This document shows, piece by piece, positions 32,881 to 43,717 of a stretch of DNA of 64,000 nt (the first letter of the stretch is position 1; every line of letters begins with the position of its first letter). Source of the stretch: an uncultured Gemmatimonadaceae bacterium (lineage in GTDB: Bacteria; Gemmatimonadota; Gemmatimonadetes; Gemmatimonadales; Gemmatimonadaceae); assembly GCA_963829055.1 (NCBI GenBank), contig CAWHHI010000011.1:64001-128000 (forward strand). The letters are read 5' to 3'. The position numbers and the translations under genes were made by a program. Below the pieces are notes generated by a model. It had not been told where the DNA came from, ran no database searches, and saw nothing but the letters and a program-made list of their open reading frames with translations.

Positions 32881-33042
32881 GGCCTAGGAATCTACGTAGG
32901 GCGGGAATGGGAGGGAACGGGACGGGCCTGTCGGAAGGCGGGAACGACGCCTCGGGATCGTCAGCTCTCGCTGTCGCAGACGGCCTCCCGAGGGTCCTCG
33001 TCCGCTCCTCCGCCTACCCGCTCCCCGCTCCCGCCTCAGACG

Positions 33043-36000
33043 TCAGTCACCGGCTTCCGGCGCCAGCGCCGGCACCGGGTACTCGGCCGTCTGCTGCTTC
33101 ACGCGCATACCGAAGCGACGGGCGAAGCTGGTACGCCACTCGTCGAGGATCTCGTAGAACGTCGGGATCGCGACCAGCGTCAGGAGCGTGGACGTGATCA
33201 CGCCGCCGATCACCGAGATGCCTAACGGCGACCGGAACTGCGCGCCCTCGCCCGTCCCGAGCGCGACCGGCAACATGCCGGCGATGAGCGCGACCGTCGT
33301 CATGAGGATCGGACGGAGCCGGATCGCGCCAGCTTCAATGAGCGCCTCGCGCAGACCGAGCCCCTGCTTCTCTCGCGCCCACTTCGCGAAGTCGATCAAC
33401 AGGATCGCGTTCTTCGCCACGATGCCCATGAGCAGGATCACGCCGATGAGACTCATGATGTTGATCGTGTTTCGCGTCAGCGCGAGACCGAGCATCACAC
33501 CGATGAGCGACAGCGGGAGCGACAACATGATCGCGAGCGGATCGAGGAACGACCCGAACTGCATCACGAGGATCAGGTACATCAGCCCAATGGCGACGCC
33601 GAGCGCGAGGAAAATCTGGCCGAACAGCTCGCCCTGTTGCTGGGCTTCGCCGCCCTTCTCCACGCGGACGCCGGGCGGCGGCTGGAGCGCCAGCATCCGA
33701 GCGAAGGCATCCGACGTGACCTCGCCCATGGACCTGCCGGATGTGTTGAACTCGACCGAGACGACCTTGTCGCGGTTCAGGTGGTTGATCACCGCCGGGC
33801 CTACGCCGGCGCTCACCGTCACGACCTGGCCTAACGGGGCCGTGGACGGCAAGCCGTTAGGTCCCTGGATCACGAGCGGGAGCTGACGCAAGTCGGAAGC
33901 GCGCTTCCGCGCCTCAGGCGCGAGACGCACGTACACGTCACGCATCTCGCCGCTCGGATCCTGCCAGTCGCCCGCGTCGATACCGGCGAATGCCGGGCGC
34001 AGCGCCTGCGCGACCTGACCGACCGTGACGCCGATGCTCCCGGCAACACCACGGTTGAGATCCACCGTGAGCTCGGGCTTCTGGCCCTTGGTGGACAACG
34101 AAACGTCCACTGCGCCCGGCACAGCCTCGACTGCCTTGAGCGCGCGCTCGGAGTACGCCGCCAAGTCCTCCGTATTGCTGCCGCGGACCTGCAGCTGCAC
34201 CTGCTTCCGTCCACCGCCCCAGTCGGTGGCGAACACGGCGACTTTCGCGCCGCCCACGGACTTGAGCTCGTTGCGAAGCTGCGCCGATAGCCCCTCGACG
34301 CTGAGATTCCGCTGGCCCTTCGACACGAGGCGCACATAGACCTTCGCGACGTCCACGGCGCCGGTCTGCCCGCCGCCAATGGTCGTGTACGCGTAGCGCA
34401 CTTCCTTGTGCGTCTGAATCTGCCGCACGACTTCGTTCGCCTTGATGCGCGTGTACTCGATATTCGAGCCCGGCGGCGACTCGATCGTCACGTTCAGCTC
34501 GGCCTGATCATCCTCGGGGAAGAAGCCGAAGCCGACCAGCGTGTTGTTGCCGATCTTGATCACGGGCATGAGCAGCGCGAACACGAACGTGCCGGCCGCA
34601 ATCGCGGAGACCGACCAGCGATGGTCGAGCGCCCAGGCGATCACGTGCTTGTAGTTCTGCGCCTGACGATTGAACCAGTGGTTGAACTTGTCGAGCGTGC
34701 GCGTGATCCACGACTTCCGATGTTCTTCGACGTGCGGGTCAGCCCAGTACGCGGAGAGCATCGGGTCGAGCGAGAACGACACGAACAGCGACACCATCAC
34801 CGAGCACGCCATCGTCAGCGCGAACGGTTTGAACCACTGACCACCGATACCCGGCATGAACGCCGATCGGCACGAACACCGCGATGATCGAGAACGTCGT
34901 CGCCGCGACGGCGAGTCCGATCTCGTCGGTACCCTCTCGCGCCGCCGTGTAGTGGTCTTTTCCCATCTCCACGTGTCGCACGATGTTCTCTCGAACCACG
35001 ATCGCGTCGTCGATCAGAATACCGATCGCGAGCGAGAGACCGAGAAGCGACATCGTGTTGAGCGTGAACCCGAACGACCACACGGCCACGAAGCTCGCGA
35101 GCACGGACACCGGAAGCGCGAGGCCCGTGATCACCGTCGAGCGCCACGAATTCAGGAACAGGAACACGACGAATACCGTGAGCAATGCGCCGAGCAACAG
35201 CGACTCCTCGACGTTCGCGACGGAATTCCTGACGCGCTCGCCGCGATTCTTGACGATGTCGATGGCCGTGCCCTTCGGCAGGCGCTTCTTGATCACGTCG
35301 AGTCGCGCGATCACCTGATCGGCGACCTGGGTGGTGCTGTAGCCTTTCGACTTCTTGATGTCGATGCCGACCGACTCGCGGTTGCTGTAGCCCGCGTCGG
35401 GTCCGGTGCGCGTGCTGAACAGCGCGAGCGAGCGCGCCTCCTCGGTCCCATCGAGAATGTCGGCCAACTGGCCGAGCCGGATGACTCTTCCGTTGCGTTC
35501 GGCGACGACGATCTGCATGAACTCTTCGGGGCGCTCGAGGCGTCCGCGGAGACGGATCGAGCGCTCGTCGAGATCGCCCGTGACACGTCCGACGGGCGCC
35601 GCGAGGTTCTGGAGCTGGAGCGCCGCGACGACCTGCGAGACGCCGATGCCCGCCGCCTGGAGCGCCTGCGGCTTGATCTGCACGGTGAGCTCGCGTTCGA
35701 CCTTGCCCGGCACCTCGACTTCGGCCACACCCGGAATGGAGCGGAACTCACGCGTTAGGCCCGGATCGGCGAGCCGCGTGAGCTCACCCGGCGTGAGCGT
35801 GTTCGACGACAGCGCCAACGACACGATCGGGAGATCCGTGTCGTTGAACTTCTTGATGATCGGCTCCTTCATCTCGGTCGGCAGATCCGCACGGATGCCG
35901 GAGATGGCGTCGCGAATGTCCTGCGTCGCCTCGGAGAGCGGCTTCTCGAAAAGGAATTCGACCATCACGGTGGCGAATCCGTCCTCGGCCGTGCCGGTGA

Positions 36001-36238
36001 CGGTTTTCACGCCGCTGATGGACGAGATGGCCTCCTCGACGGGATCGAGGATTTCCTTTTCCACACCGTCGGGCGACCCGCCGGGATACGGAATGCCGAC
36101 GGTGACGATCGGCGGTGCGACGTCGGGAAACTCGTCGGTCTGGAGCTTACCTAACGCGATCAGTCCGAAGACGACGAGCGCCAGCATCGACACCACGGTG
36201 ACGATGGGCCGCTTGATCGCAAAATCCGAGATGAACAT
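33043..36238 (-). CDS. RND efflux permease subunit (+1 frameshift near 34860)
   Basis: MFISDFAIKRP, GILIDDAIVVREN, GIVAKNAILL and RLRPILMTT. Confidence 0.93.
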
Positions 36239-36257
36239 ATCGTACTCTCCAATATGT

Positions 36258-36295
36258 AGCTATCAGCTATCAGCTATCAGCCATCAGCCATCAGC
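36258..36295. repeat. Heptamer tandem repeat (AGCYATC)5
   Basis: Read directly; the reverse form GCTGATG is at about 16953-16977. Confidence 0.8.
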
Positions 36296-36303
36296 GTGCC
36301 CGC

Positions 36304-36400
36304 GTCATCCCGAGCGGCAGCGAGGGATCTTCCCGAACATCATTGTGGTCAGGTCCGCTCCAATGACATCACACGAGATCCCTCGCTGCGCTCGGGATGA
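36304..36400. repeat. REP-like palindromic element, family 1
   Basis: GTCATCCCGAGCGGCAGCGAGGGATCT ... AGATCCCTCGCTGCGCTCGGGATGAC. Confidence 0.85.
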
Positions 36401-36447
36401 CACCGCCCTCCGCCTTCGCCTCCGGCCCTCCGCCCTCCGCCCTCCGC

Positions 36448-37593
36448 TCAGCTTTTCGACGCCGGCGTATCCGACGGCGTGCTCACGCGAACCGGTGTGC
36501 CCGGCGAGATGCCGCGCGCCGCGCCCGTGAGCAGCGTGTCGCCCGGTGTCAGCCCGCTCTTGATCTCCACTCGCTCCGAGTCCTCGTCGCGCAGGCCGAG
36601 CTCGACTTCCACGCGCTCGACCTTGCCGCCCTTGAGCCGGATCACGAACGGCTTGACGCCCGTCACGTCCACTGCCCCCGTCGGCGCGACGAGCGCGTTC
36701 CGCCGCTCGCTCGCGACGCGCCCCTCGGCGAACAGGCCGCCGACGAGGTTGTTGCCGCTGTTCGGAATCGCCACCACCACGCGCACCTGACCAGTGCTCG
36801 GGTCAGCCGTCGGGTTGATGCGCGTGATCTTGCCCGTGAACGTGCGATCGGGATACCCGCTCACGCTGAACGAGACCGGCGAGTTGATCTTGACCGCGGA
36901 TAGCTGCGCCGCGGGCACCGACGCCTCGAGACGCATCGTGGTCGGATCGACGACGGTGAACATCTCGCCACCTGGTTGCACCACGTCGCCAGCCGAGACG
37001 TTCCGCTTCGCAACGATGCCGGCGAATGGCGCCCGCACGTGCGCGTCGGCGAGCTGCTTCTCCTGCAACGTTAGGCGGGCTTTCGCGTCGGCCAGCTGCG
37101 ACTGCGCAGCGTCGTTCTGCGTGCGCGCGGCGTCCAGGTCGCGGTCGGCGATGGCGCCGGCCGTCGACAATCGCTGGTTGCGCTCGAGGTTCCTCGCCGA
37201 CACGTCGGCCGCACTCTGCGCCGACGTCACCGCCGATCGCGCCGAGAGATACTGATCGCGAATCGTACGGTCATCGATGCGCGCGACGAGCGTGCCCGTC
37301 GCGACGCGCTCGCCTTCGTCGACGGCCGTCTGCAGCACCGTACCGCCGATCTGCGCGCGGACGGTCGCCTCCTGCGCCGCCTGCAGGTTGCCGGAGATGG
37401 CCGGCCCGCTGGCGAGATCGGCGAGCGCGACGACGACAATGTTCTCGGTCCCGACCGTCGTCGGGGCTGGCGCGGCTTCGGCCTTGGCGTCGCCGGCATT
37501 GCCGCTCTTGCAGCCAACGGACGACACCGTCAGCGCGAACGCGACGGCGAGCGAGGCGGCGCGAGCACCGCGGCGAGTGATATCTGCTTGCAT
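36448..37593 (-). CDS. RND efflux periplasmic adaptor (MFP)
   Basis: Lipobox SVGC; VDEGERV, RAPFAGIV and VELGLRD. Confidence 0.92.
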   Translation of the reverse strand: MQADITRRGARAASLAVAFALTVSSVGCKSGNAGDAKAEAAPAPTTVGTENIVVVALADLASGPAISGNLQAAQEATVRAQIGGTVLQTAVDEGERVATGTLVARIDDRTIRDQYLSARSAVTSAQSAADVSARNLERNQRLSTAGAIADRDLDAARTQNDAAQSQLADAKARLTLQEKQLADAHVRAPFAGIVAKRNVSAGDVVQPGGEMFTVVDPTTMRLEASVPAAQLSAVKINSPVSFSVSGYPDRTFTGKITRINPTADPSTGQVRVVVAIPNSGNNLVGGLFAEGRVASERRNALVAPTGAVDVTGVKPFVIRLKGGKVERVEVELGLRDEDSERVEIKSGLTPGDTLLTGAARGISPGTPVRVSTPSDTPASKS

Positions 37594-37607
37594 TGGAGTC
37601 GTACTCC

Positions 37608-39365
37608 CTACTGTCCGGGTGCGGAAACGCTGGCGGACTGTCCCGCCCGCGGCTGTTGCTGTGGTTGCTGCTGTTGCTGCGTGCCACCGGCACCCCTCGC
37701 GCCGGCCGGCGTATTCGTGCTGCCGCCGATGTTCGAGCCGCCAGTGGTCGGGCCGCCAGATCCAAGCGGGAGGTCCTTCAACAGCGTTAGGCGAAGGCGC
37801 GCGACCTGGAAGTCGCGCGCGGCCTGCGCCCGGTTGGCCCGCGCCTGCTGCAGCAGCACGCGCGACTCCGTGAGCTCGAGCTGCGTCGATAGCCCCTCAC
37901 GGTAGCGAACCTCGGCAATGGTGTACGCGCGCGTCGCCTGCTGTGCCGTGCCCGAGCTTGCCGCCAGCGTTGCCGCGGCCTGCTCGAGCTGTGCGACGCT
38001 CTGCCGCGCGTCCAGCGCCGCGAACTCACGCGTCTGCTGGAGTCGCGCCCGCGCCTCGGTCACGTTCGCCCCCGCGACCTTGTTCTCGCCGCGAATGCGC
38101 CCACCAGTGAAGATCGGCATCGTGGCACCAAGCGTCACGGACCAGTTGTTCACCCACGAGCTCCAGGCGGGAATGGTCTGGCTCGGAAACGCGACGTGCG
38201 CGTATGACGACGACAACGACACGTTCGGCAGATACTCCGACCTGGTGATCCGGCGCTGCGCCCGCTCCACGTTCACGGCTTCGGTCAGCTGCCTAACGGT
38301 GGACCGCGCATCGGCGCTCGTGTCGGCCTGCTGCACGAGTGAATCCGTGAGCGCCACGACCATGGCCGCGGCATTGGCGGCGGTGTTCGTGTTCGCGGCG
38401 GAGGTGGCCAGACCAGGCGTGTCCATCTCGTCGTTGATCCCATCCGTGAGCGTGAGCGAATCGCTGTACGGCAAGTTCAGCAGCTGTTTGAGGCGCAGGT
38501 AGCTGAGCTCACGCGTCGTCTTCGCCTGCAGCGCGGCCGGCACCTGATTGTCTCGAGTGACGCGCGCCCGCAGCAGCTCGAATTCGGATTGGTTGCCGAC
38601 CTGACGGGCGAGCGACGTCTGGCGGAGCGCCTCCTCAGTCTGCACGAGAGACGAGTCGGCGATCCCGACCAATCGATCGGCGAGCGCCGCGTCGTAATAC
38701 GCCTGTGCCACGTCGAGGCGCAGTTGCGCACGCTGCGCGGCGACCTCGATGTCCGCCGAGCGACGACCGGCCGTCGCGGCCGCGTTCTGTGCGGAGAGAC
38801 GGCCACCGGTGAACAGGTTCAGCGAGCCGGTGAGCCCGAGCTGATATTGATTCTGCGATCCAAATCCGACTTTTGAGAAGTCGATGCCGCCGGTGGTCGA
38901 GCAGCGCGAAAACGTTTCCACTCCCGTGAGCCGGTCGGCCTCCGATGAGCCTTCCGGCGCGAGGTAGCGCGTGCACGGCTGGAAATACCTGGTGGTATCT
39001 GGCGGAGGAGCCCCAGGGACTTCAGGCCCCGGCGCAGTCACCGCCTGCTGCAACGCCGAGAACTGGCTCCTGAGCGTACGCGTGTACTGCGCCGATCCAC
39101 TGATCTGGGGCAGATACTGGCTGCGCGCCTGCATCTGTTGGCCGTTGGCGCGCTCGACACCAGCGCGCGCGATCTGCAGACTCTCGCTCTCACGCTCGGC
39201 GAGGCGCATCGCGTCGTCGAGCGAGAGCGCGCGCGGAGTGCCGGCCGCTGGTCGCGCCGGCGTTGACTGCTGTGCTCGAAGCGTTCCGAGCGACGAAGCG
39301 AGGATCGGCGAAGCGAGCATTGCGGCCGCGGCAACAGCGGCGCGCAGGGATATGCGGAAAACCAT
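37608..39365 (-). CDS. TolC family outer-membrane efflux protein
   Basis: Signal peptide; LSLDDAMRLA, YLPQIS, VAQAYYD, PIFTGG and RYREGLSTQLEL. Confidence 0.9.
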   Translation of the reverse strand: MVFRISLRAAVAAAAMLASPILASSLGTLRAQQSTPARPAAGTPRALSLDDAMRLAERESESLQIARAGVERANGQQMQARSQYLPQISGSAQYTRTLRSQFSALQQAVTAPGPEVPGAPPPDTTRYFQPCTRYLAPEGSSEADRLTGVETFSRCSTTGGIDFSKVGFGSQNQYQLGLTGSLNLFTGGRLSAQNAAATAGRRSADIEVAAQRAQLRLDVAQAYYDAALADRLVGIADSSLVQTEEALRQTSLARQVGNQSEFELLRARVTRDNQVPAALQAKTTRELSYLRLKQLLNLPYSDSLTLTDGINDEMDTPGLATSAANTNTAANAAAMVVALTDSLVQQADTSADARSTVRQLTEAVNVERAQRRITRSEYLPNVSLSSSYAHVAFPSQTIPAWSSWVNNWSVTLGATMPIFTGGRIRGENKVAGANVTEARARLQQTREFAALDARQSVAQLEQAAATLAASSGTAQQATRAYTIAEVRYREGLSTQLELTESRVLLQQARANRAQAARDFQVARLRLTLLKDLPLGSGGPTTGGSNIGGSTNTPAGARGAGGTQQQQQPQQQPRAGQSASVSAPGQ

Positions 39366-39391
39366 GGACGTGTTCCGAACTGAAGAGTGAA

Positions 39392-40036
39392 TCAGCGACG
39401 CGCCGACGTGCCGCGCGGTCGTTGTCTCGAGTGCGCCGCACGGGCGGGGCTGCGTCGTCGCGGAGCGTCGCATCCGACGGCACGGAGGAAAATCCTGGCG
39501 TACAATGCCGCGGCGTCCGACTCCGGCTGTGGGTAGAGCGCGGGCATCATCTCGCGTCCCATGGCGTCGGCGAAGAGCGCGCTGATGAGCATCGTCGCGG
39601 CGGTATGCACTTCGCGCTCGGTGATGGAGCCGACGACGCGATCGAGCCGGCCCGCGTATTCGAGGAGCTCGTGGAACGCGGACTGCGTGCCTTCCGACAT
39701 GCAGGGCGCCATCTCGGGATGCTCTTCGATTTCTCCCATCGCTTTGCGGATCATCGAGCGAGCGCCGCGGAGATGCGTCAGCTGCGCGTCGCACCACGCC
39801 GAGAGCTCACGTTCGGGATCGACGGGCTCGTCAGGCAGCCCGTGCGGATCCGTTCCACGAGGTGCGTGCTCACGGATCGCCTCGGCGATGAGGGCGGACT
39901 TGGAGCCGAAGAGGCGGAAGAGGGTCACTTCGTTGACCCCGGCCTCGTCGGCGATGCGGCGGGTGGTAGCGCCGCGGAAGCCGGACTCGCCGTAGATGCG
40001 TGCGGCGGCGGCGAGGAGTTTCTGTCTGCTGGCCAT
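39392..40036 (-). CDS. TetR/AcrR family regulator
   Basis: GFRGATTRRIADEAGVNEVTLFRLFGSKSAL helix-turn-helix; first gene of the efflux operon. Confidence 0.92.
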   Translation of the reverse strand: MASRQKLLAAAARIYGESGFRGATTRRIADEAGVNEVTLFRLFGSKSALIAEAIREHAPRGTDPHGLPDEPVDPERELSAWCDAQLTHLRGARSMIRKAMGEIEEHPEMAPCMSEGTQSAFHELLEYAGRLDRVVGSITEREVHTAATMLISALFADAMGREMMPALYPQPESDAAALYARIFLRAVGCDAPRRRSPARAAHSRQRPRGTSARR

Positions 40037-40071
40037 AAGGACCGGAAAATTTAGACGGGCACTTTCGTGAA

Positions 40072-40089
40072 TGCAAGTGATTACTTGCA
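40072..40089. promoter_or_regulatory. Probable TetR operator
   Basis: Perfect 7-bp palindrome TGCAAGT-GATT-ACTTGCA, 36 nt upstream of the tetR ATG. Confidence 0.7.
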
Positions 40090-40270
40090 CTGGCGAGCGG
40101 AAGGCGGAAGGAGGCGGTCGGCGGACGGCGGGGATACGCGTTGGGTGCGACTGACGGGCTCACTCTGGGATGCGGATTCGCATTTGCCCTTATTGCGCCA
40201 TCCGCCGTCCGCCTTCCGGCGGCCGCTTTTCCATTCCATGTTCGGGGCGGCTGTAGACAGGAGTAGTACG

Positions 40271-41131
40271 ATGAACCCACTCGCCGATCGGATTCAGAGC
40301 GCGCTCAGCGAGCGATACGTCATCGAGCGCGAGCTCGGCCACGGTGGCATGGCGGTCGTCTTTCTCGCGCGCGATGTGCGGCATGAGCGGCCAGTCGCCA
40401 TCAAGGTGTTCCGGTCGGACATCGGCGACGCCATGGGTGCGGAACGATTTCGCCGAGAGATCCGGCTGCTCGCGCGGCTGCAACATCCGCACATCCTTCC
40501 GCTGTACGACTCCGGCACCACCGGCGAGACGAGCTTCTTCGTCAGCCCATTCGTCGATGGCGAGACGCTCCGCGAGCGGCTACGTCGCGTCGGGCAATTG
40601 ACGGTCGATGAGGCGGTGCGCATCGCGATCGAGGTCGCCGACGCGCTCGACTATGCGCATGCCCACGAGGTCGTGCATCGCGATATCAAGCCAGCGAACA
40701 TCCTGCTGCGAGATGGGCACGCGGTCGTCGCGGATTTCGGGATCGCGCGGGCCATGCGCCGGACGGTCGGCGAGTGGACCACCGCCGCGGGCATGAGTGT
40801 CGGCAGTCCCGCGTACATGAGCCCCGAGCAGGCGAGCGGCGACGGCGAGATCGACGGGCGCGCGGACATCTATAGTCTCGCCTGCGTGCTGTTCGAGATG
40901 CTCGCGGGACAGCCGCCGTTCACCGGGCGATCCGCGCACATGATCATCGTCGCTCGCCTGTCCGGCGTCGCCAGACCCGTACGCGAACTGCGCCCCACAG
41001 TGCCTGTGTCGCTCGACGCCGCGATCGCCAAGGCACTCGAACGCTTTCCGGTCAATCGCTTCGCGACCGCCGGCGACTTCCGCGCCGAGCTGGCGATGTC
41101 CCTTCAGCCATCGATAGCAACGGGGCGCTGA
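40271..41131 (+). CDS. Hanks-type Ser/Thr protein kinase, catalytic domain only
   Basis: AGGAG RBS; LGHGGMAVV, VAIK, HRDIKPAN, DFG, YMSPEQ and DIYSL. Confidence 0.93.
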   Translation: MNPLADRIQSALSERYVIERELGHGGMAVVFLARDVRHERPVAIKVFRSDIGDAMGAERFRREIRLLARLQHPHILPLYDSGTTGETSFFVSPFVDGETLRERLRRVGQLTVDEAVRIAIEVADALDYAHAHEVVHRDIKPANILLRDGHAVVADFGIARAMRRTVGEWTTAAGMSVGSPAYMSPEQASGDGEIDGRADIYSLACVLFEMLAGQPPFTGRSAHMIIVARLSGVARPVRELRPTVPVSLDAAIAKALERFPVNRFATAGDFRAELAMSLQPSIATGR

Positions 41132-41315
41132 TCGACGGGTTCCGACGCGTCAGTGACGTCCGTCACGTTACGCGGGCGCGGCACTGCTCGCTGTCGCGGC
41201 GCGTCGACAGAGCCCAGTCGCCTGTAGTCCACAGCCAACACCGAGCGATCGGTGTGACACGCCTGGCCTACGACTCAACCCGTTGATCGACATCGCGTTA
41301 GGTCCCGTGCCACCG

Positions 41316-41332
41316 CTGGCACCGGACCTGCC
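41316..41332 (+). promoter_or_regulatory. Putative sigma-54 promoter for the pilin gene
   Basis: CTGGCACCGGACCTGCC is TGGCAC-N5-CTGC; about 58 nt before the ATG. Confidence 0.5.
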
Positions 41333-41389
41333 CTCCGTCACGGCGCAGACACGAACTCTCACACGCCAGACACACGCGAGACGGTGATC

Positions 41390-41809
41390 ATGAGACGCTT
41401 CAACCGGCGGGGCTTCACGTTCATTGAACTGCTCATGGTCATGGTGGTCATGGGCGTGCTTGCAGGCATTGGCGTTCCGCGGATTCGGTCGATGAAGGAG
41501 CGCTCGTACCAGGCGACGCTTCGCAGCGACCTTGGCGCGCTCCGCACGGCGCAGGAGGCGTACTACGCCGAGAACCTGCGGTACGCGACGGATATCTCGC
41601 AGCTCGAGTTCCGGTTGTCGACGAACGTGTCCATCGACGTCGAATCGACGGACCCGCTCAAGGGGTGGAGAGCGTCGGCGCGGCATGTGTGGCTCGCGAC
41701 GCCGTGCACGACGGCGGCTGGCCCGGATGCGCTGGGGGTCGAGGCCGGCGCGATCGTCTGCTCGAACATCGCGGCACCATCGTCGGGAGCGATGCAGGCT
41801 GGGAACTAG
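41390..41809 (+). CDS. Type IV pilin-like protein
   Basis: [25 protein letters not shown] prepilin site; C-terminal Cys pair. Confidence 0.9.
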   Translation: MRRFNRRGFTFIELLMVMVVMGVLAGIGVPRIRSMKERSYQATLRSDLGALRTAQEAYYAENLRYATDISQLEFRLSTNVSIDVESTDPLKGWRASARHVWLATPCTTAAGPDALGVEAGAIVCSNIAAPSSGAMQAGN

Positions 41810-42105
41810 GGGACTGGGGACTCGGGACTGGGAACTACCGGCTCTCTGAGAGAGTAGAGCAGTTGCAGGTGTTGGGATCGGAAATTCGCCTGAGGGGGCC
41901 TACTACGATCCATACACGCCGCGGGGCGCAAGCTCCGCGGCGTGTATCGCATCCATACGCGGTGACCGAATACTCTGGTCACGCCTCCAGCGGCGACCAG
42001 CGACCAGCACGAGCGACGAGCGACACAGCTGCAGTTGTTGTTCGCCTCCCTACCGCGGGCCACGTGCGGCGACATATGCTGCGATGTGAACCAGCGACAC
42101 GGCGC

Positions 42106-43488
42106 ATGAGCGACTCGACGGTGAAGGAACGAGAGCGGGCGGCGATACGCGGAGCGACGCCACCAGGCCCGCGACGCAGAGTTCCCGCGCTCAACGCGCT
42201 GCGCATGGGCCGCTCCCCGCTCACGTTCCTCACGGAGCTCCGCGACCGCTACGGCGACATCGCGCGCGTCCCGTTAGGCTCCGAGACGCTCTACCTGTTC
42301 AGCCATCCGGACCTCGTGCGCGATGTGCTCGTCACGAATCACCGGAACTTCCACAAGGGGCGCGGCCTCGAACGGGCGAAGATATTGTTAGGCGAGGGGC
42401 TGCTCACGAGTGAAGGCGACTTCCACCTGCGACAGCGACGGCTCGCCCAGCCCGCGTTTCATCGCCAGCGCGTCGCGGCCTACGGAACGACGATGGCGAC
42501 GTACGCGGCCTCGCGACGTGACCGGTGGCAATCGGGAGCAACGATCGACGCGCATCAGGAGATGATGGCATTGACGCTCGCCATCGTCGGCAAGACGCTG
42601 TTCGACGCCGACGTCGAGCACGAAGCGGCGGAGATCGGGGCCGCGCTGGCGACGACGTTCGAGTCGTTCAGCTTCGGATTTTTCCTGCCGTTTGGCGAGC
42701 TGCTCGAGCGCTTGCCACTGCCGGCGACGCTGCGCTTTCGCAAGGCGAGAGCGCGCCTCGACGCGACGATCTACCGGCTCATCGAGGAGCGGCGTCGCAC
42801 TGGCGGCGATCGCGGCGACCTGTTGTCGATGCTGCTGCTGGCGCAGGACACGGAAGGCGACGGCGGCGGGATGACGGATCTCCAGCTCCGCGACGAGGCG
42901 ATGACGATCTTCCTCGCCGGCCATGAGACGACGGCGAATGCGCTGACGTGGACGTGGTACCTGCTCTCGCAGCACCCCGCCGTCGAGGCACGCCTGCACG
43001 CCGAGATCGATTCGGCGTTAGGCGGGCGGTTGCCGACGGCGGACGACCTCGCGCTGCTGCCGTACACGCGGATGGTGCTGGCCGAGTCGATGCGACTCTA
43101 TCCGCCAGCGTGGCTCGTGGGGCGGCGGGCGCTCGGCCCATTCGAATCGAACGGGTACACGATTCCCGGCCGCTCGATCATCCTGGTCTCGCAGTACGTG
43201 ATGCACCGCGACGCGCGCTGGTTCCCGGACCCGGAGCGGTTCGACCCGGAGCGCTTCACCCCCGAGCGTCAGGCGGAGCGGCCGAAGTTCGCGTACTTCC
43301 CGTTCGGCGGCGGGCCGCGGGTCTGCATCGGCGAGCAGTTCGCGTGGATGGAGGGGATCATCGCCCTTGCTACGATCGCTCAGCGCTGGAAGCTGCGGCT
43401 CGTGCCGGGGCATCCCGTCGCGCTGCAGCCGATCGTCACGCTCAGGCCGAAGCACGGGATACGCATGACCGTCGAGGCGAGGCGTTGA
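42106..43488 (+). CDS. Cytochrome P450
   Basis: AGHETT, ESMR, PERF and [10 protein letters not shown] heme motif. Confidence 0.95.
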   Translation: MSDSTVKERERAAIRGATPPGPRRRVPALNALRMGRSPLTFLTELRDRYGDIARVPLGSETLYLFSHPDLVRDVLVTNHRNFHKGRGLERAKILLGEGLLTSEGDFHLRQRRLAQPAFHRQRVAAYGTTMATYAASRRDRWQSGATIDAHQEMMALTLAIVGKTLFDADVEHEAAEIGAALATTFESFSFGFFLPFGELLERLPLPATLRFRKARARLDATIYRLIEERRRTGGDRGDLLSMLLLAQDTEGDGGGMTDLQLRDEAMTIFLAGHETTANALTWTWYLLSQHPAVEARLHAEIDSALGGRLPTADDLALLPYTRMVLAESMRLYPPAWLVGRRALGPFESNGYTIPGRSIILVSQYVMHRDARWFPDPERFDPERFTPERQAERPKFAYFPFGGGPRVCIGEQFAWMEGIIALATIAQRWKLRLVPGHPVALQPIVTLRPKHGIRMTVEARR

Positions 43489-43529
43489 ATTCTGCCGCCA
43501 ATCGTTAGGCCGGCACTAACGCGGCGGCA

Positions 43530-43692
43530 TGGCCAGTACCAAGTGCGTCAGCGACTGATCAGCAGCAGGTGTCAGGCATCAGGTCCCGTATCCGCCGGCT
43601 TGGGGCGCGCGTGCGCGGTGGACTCCCGACTGGGCTCGGAGACTGATGCCTGACACCTCGTACTCAACGCTGACGTGCTGAGTGACTGGCCA
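43530..43692. repeat. Palindromic element between convergent genes
   Basis: TGGCCAGT...CGTCAGCG...GGTGTCAGGCATCAG is mirrored by CTGATGCCTGACACC...CGCTGACG...ACTGGCCA. Confidence 0.75.
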
Positions 43693-43717
43693 GGACGCCG
43701 AGATGATGCCAACTCCG

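Noticed and set aside
40271..43488. Kinase-pilin-P450 as a RiPP or other biosynthetic cluster
   Set aside because: Gaps of 250-300 nt, a separate promoter candidate for the pilin, and no convincing precursor peptide.
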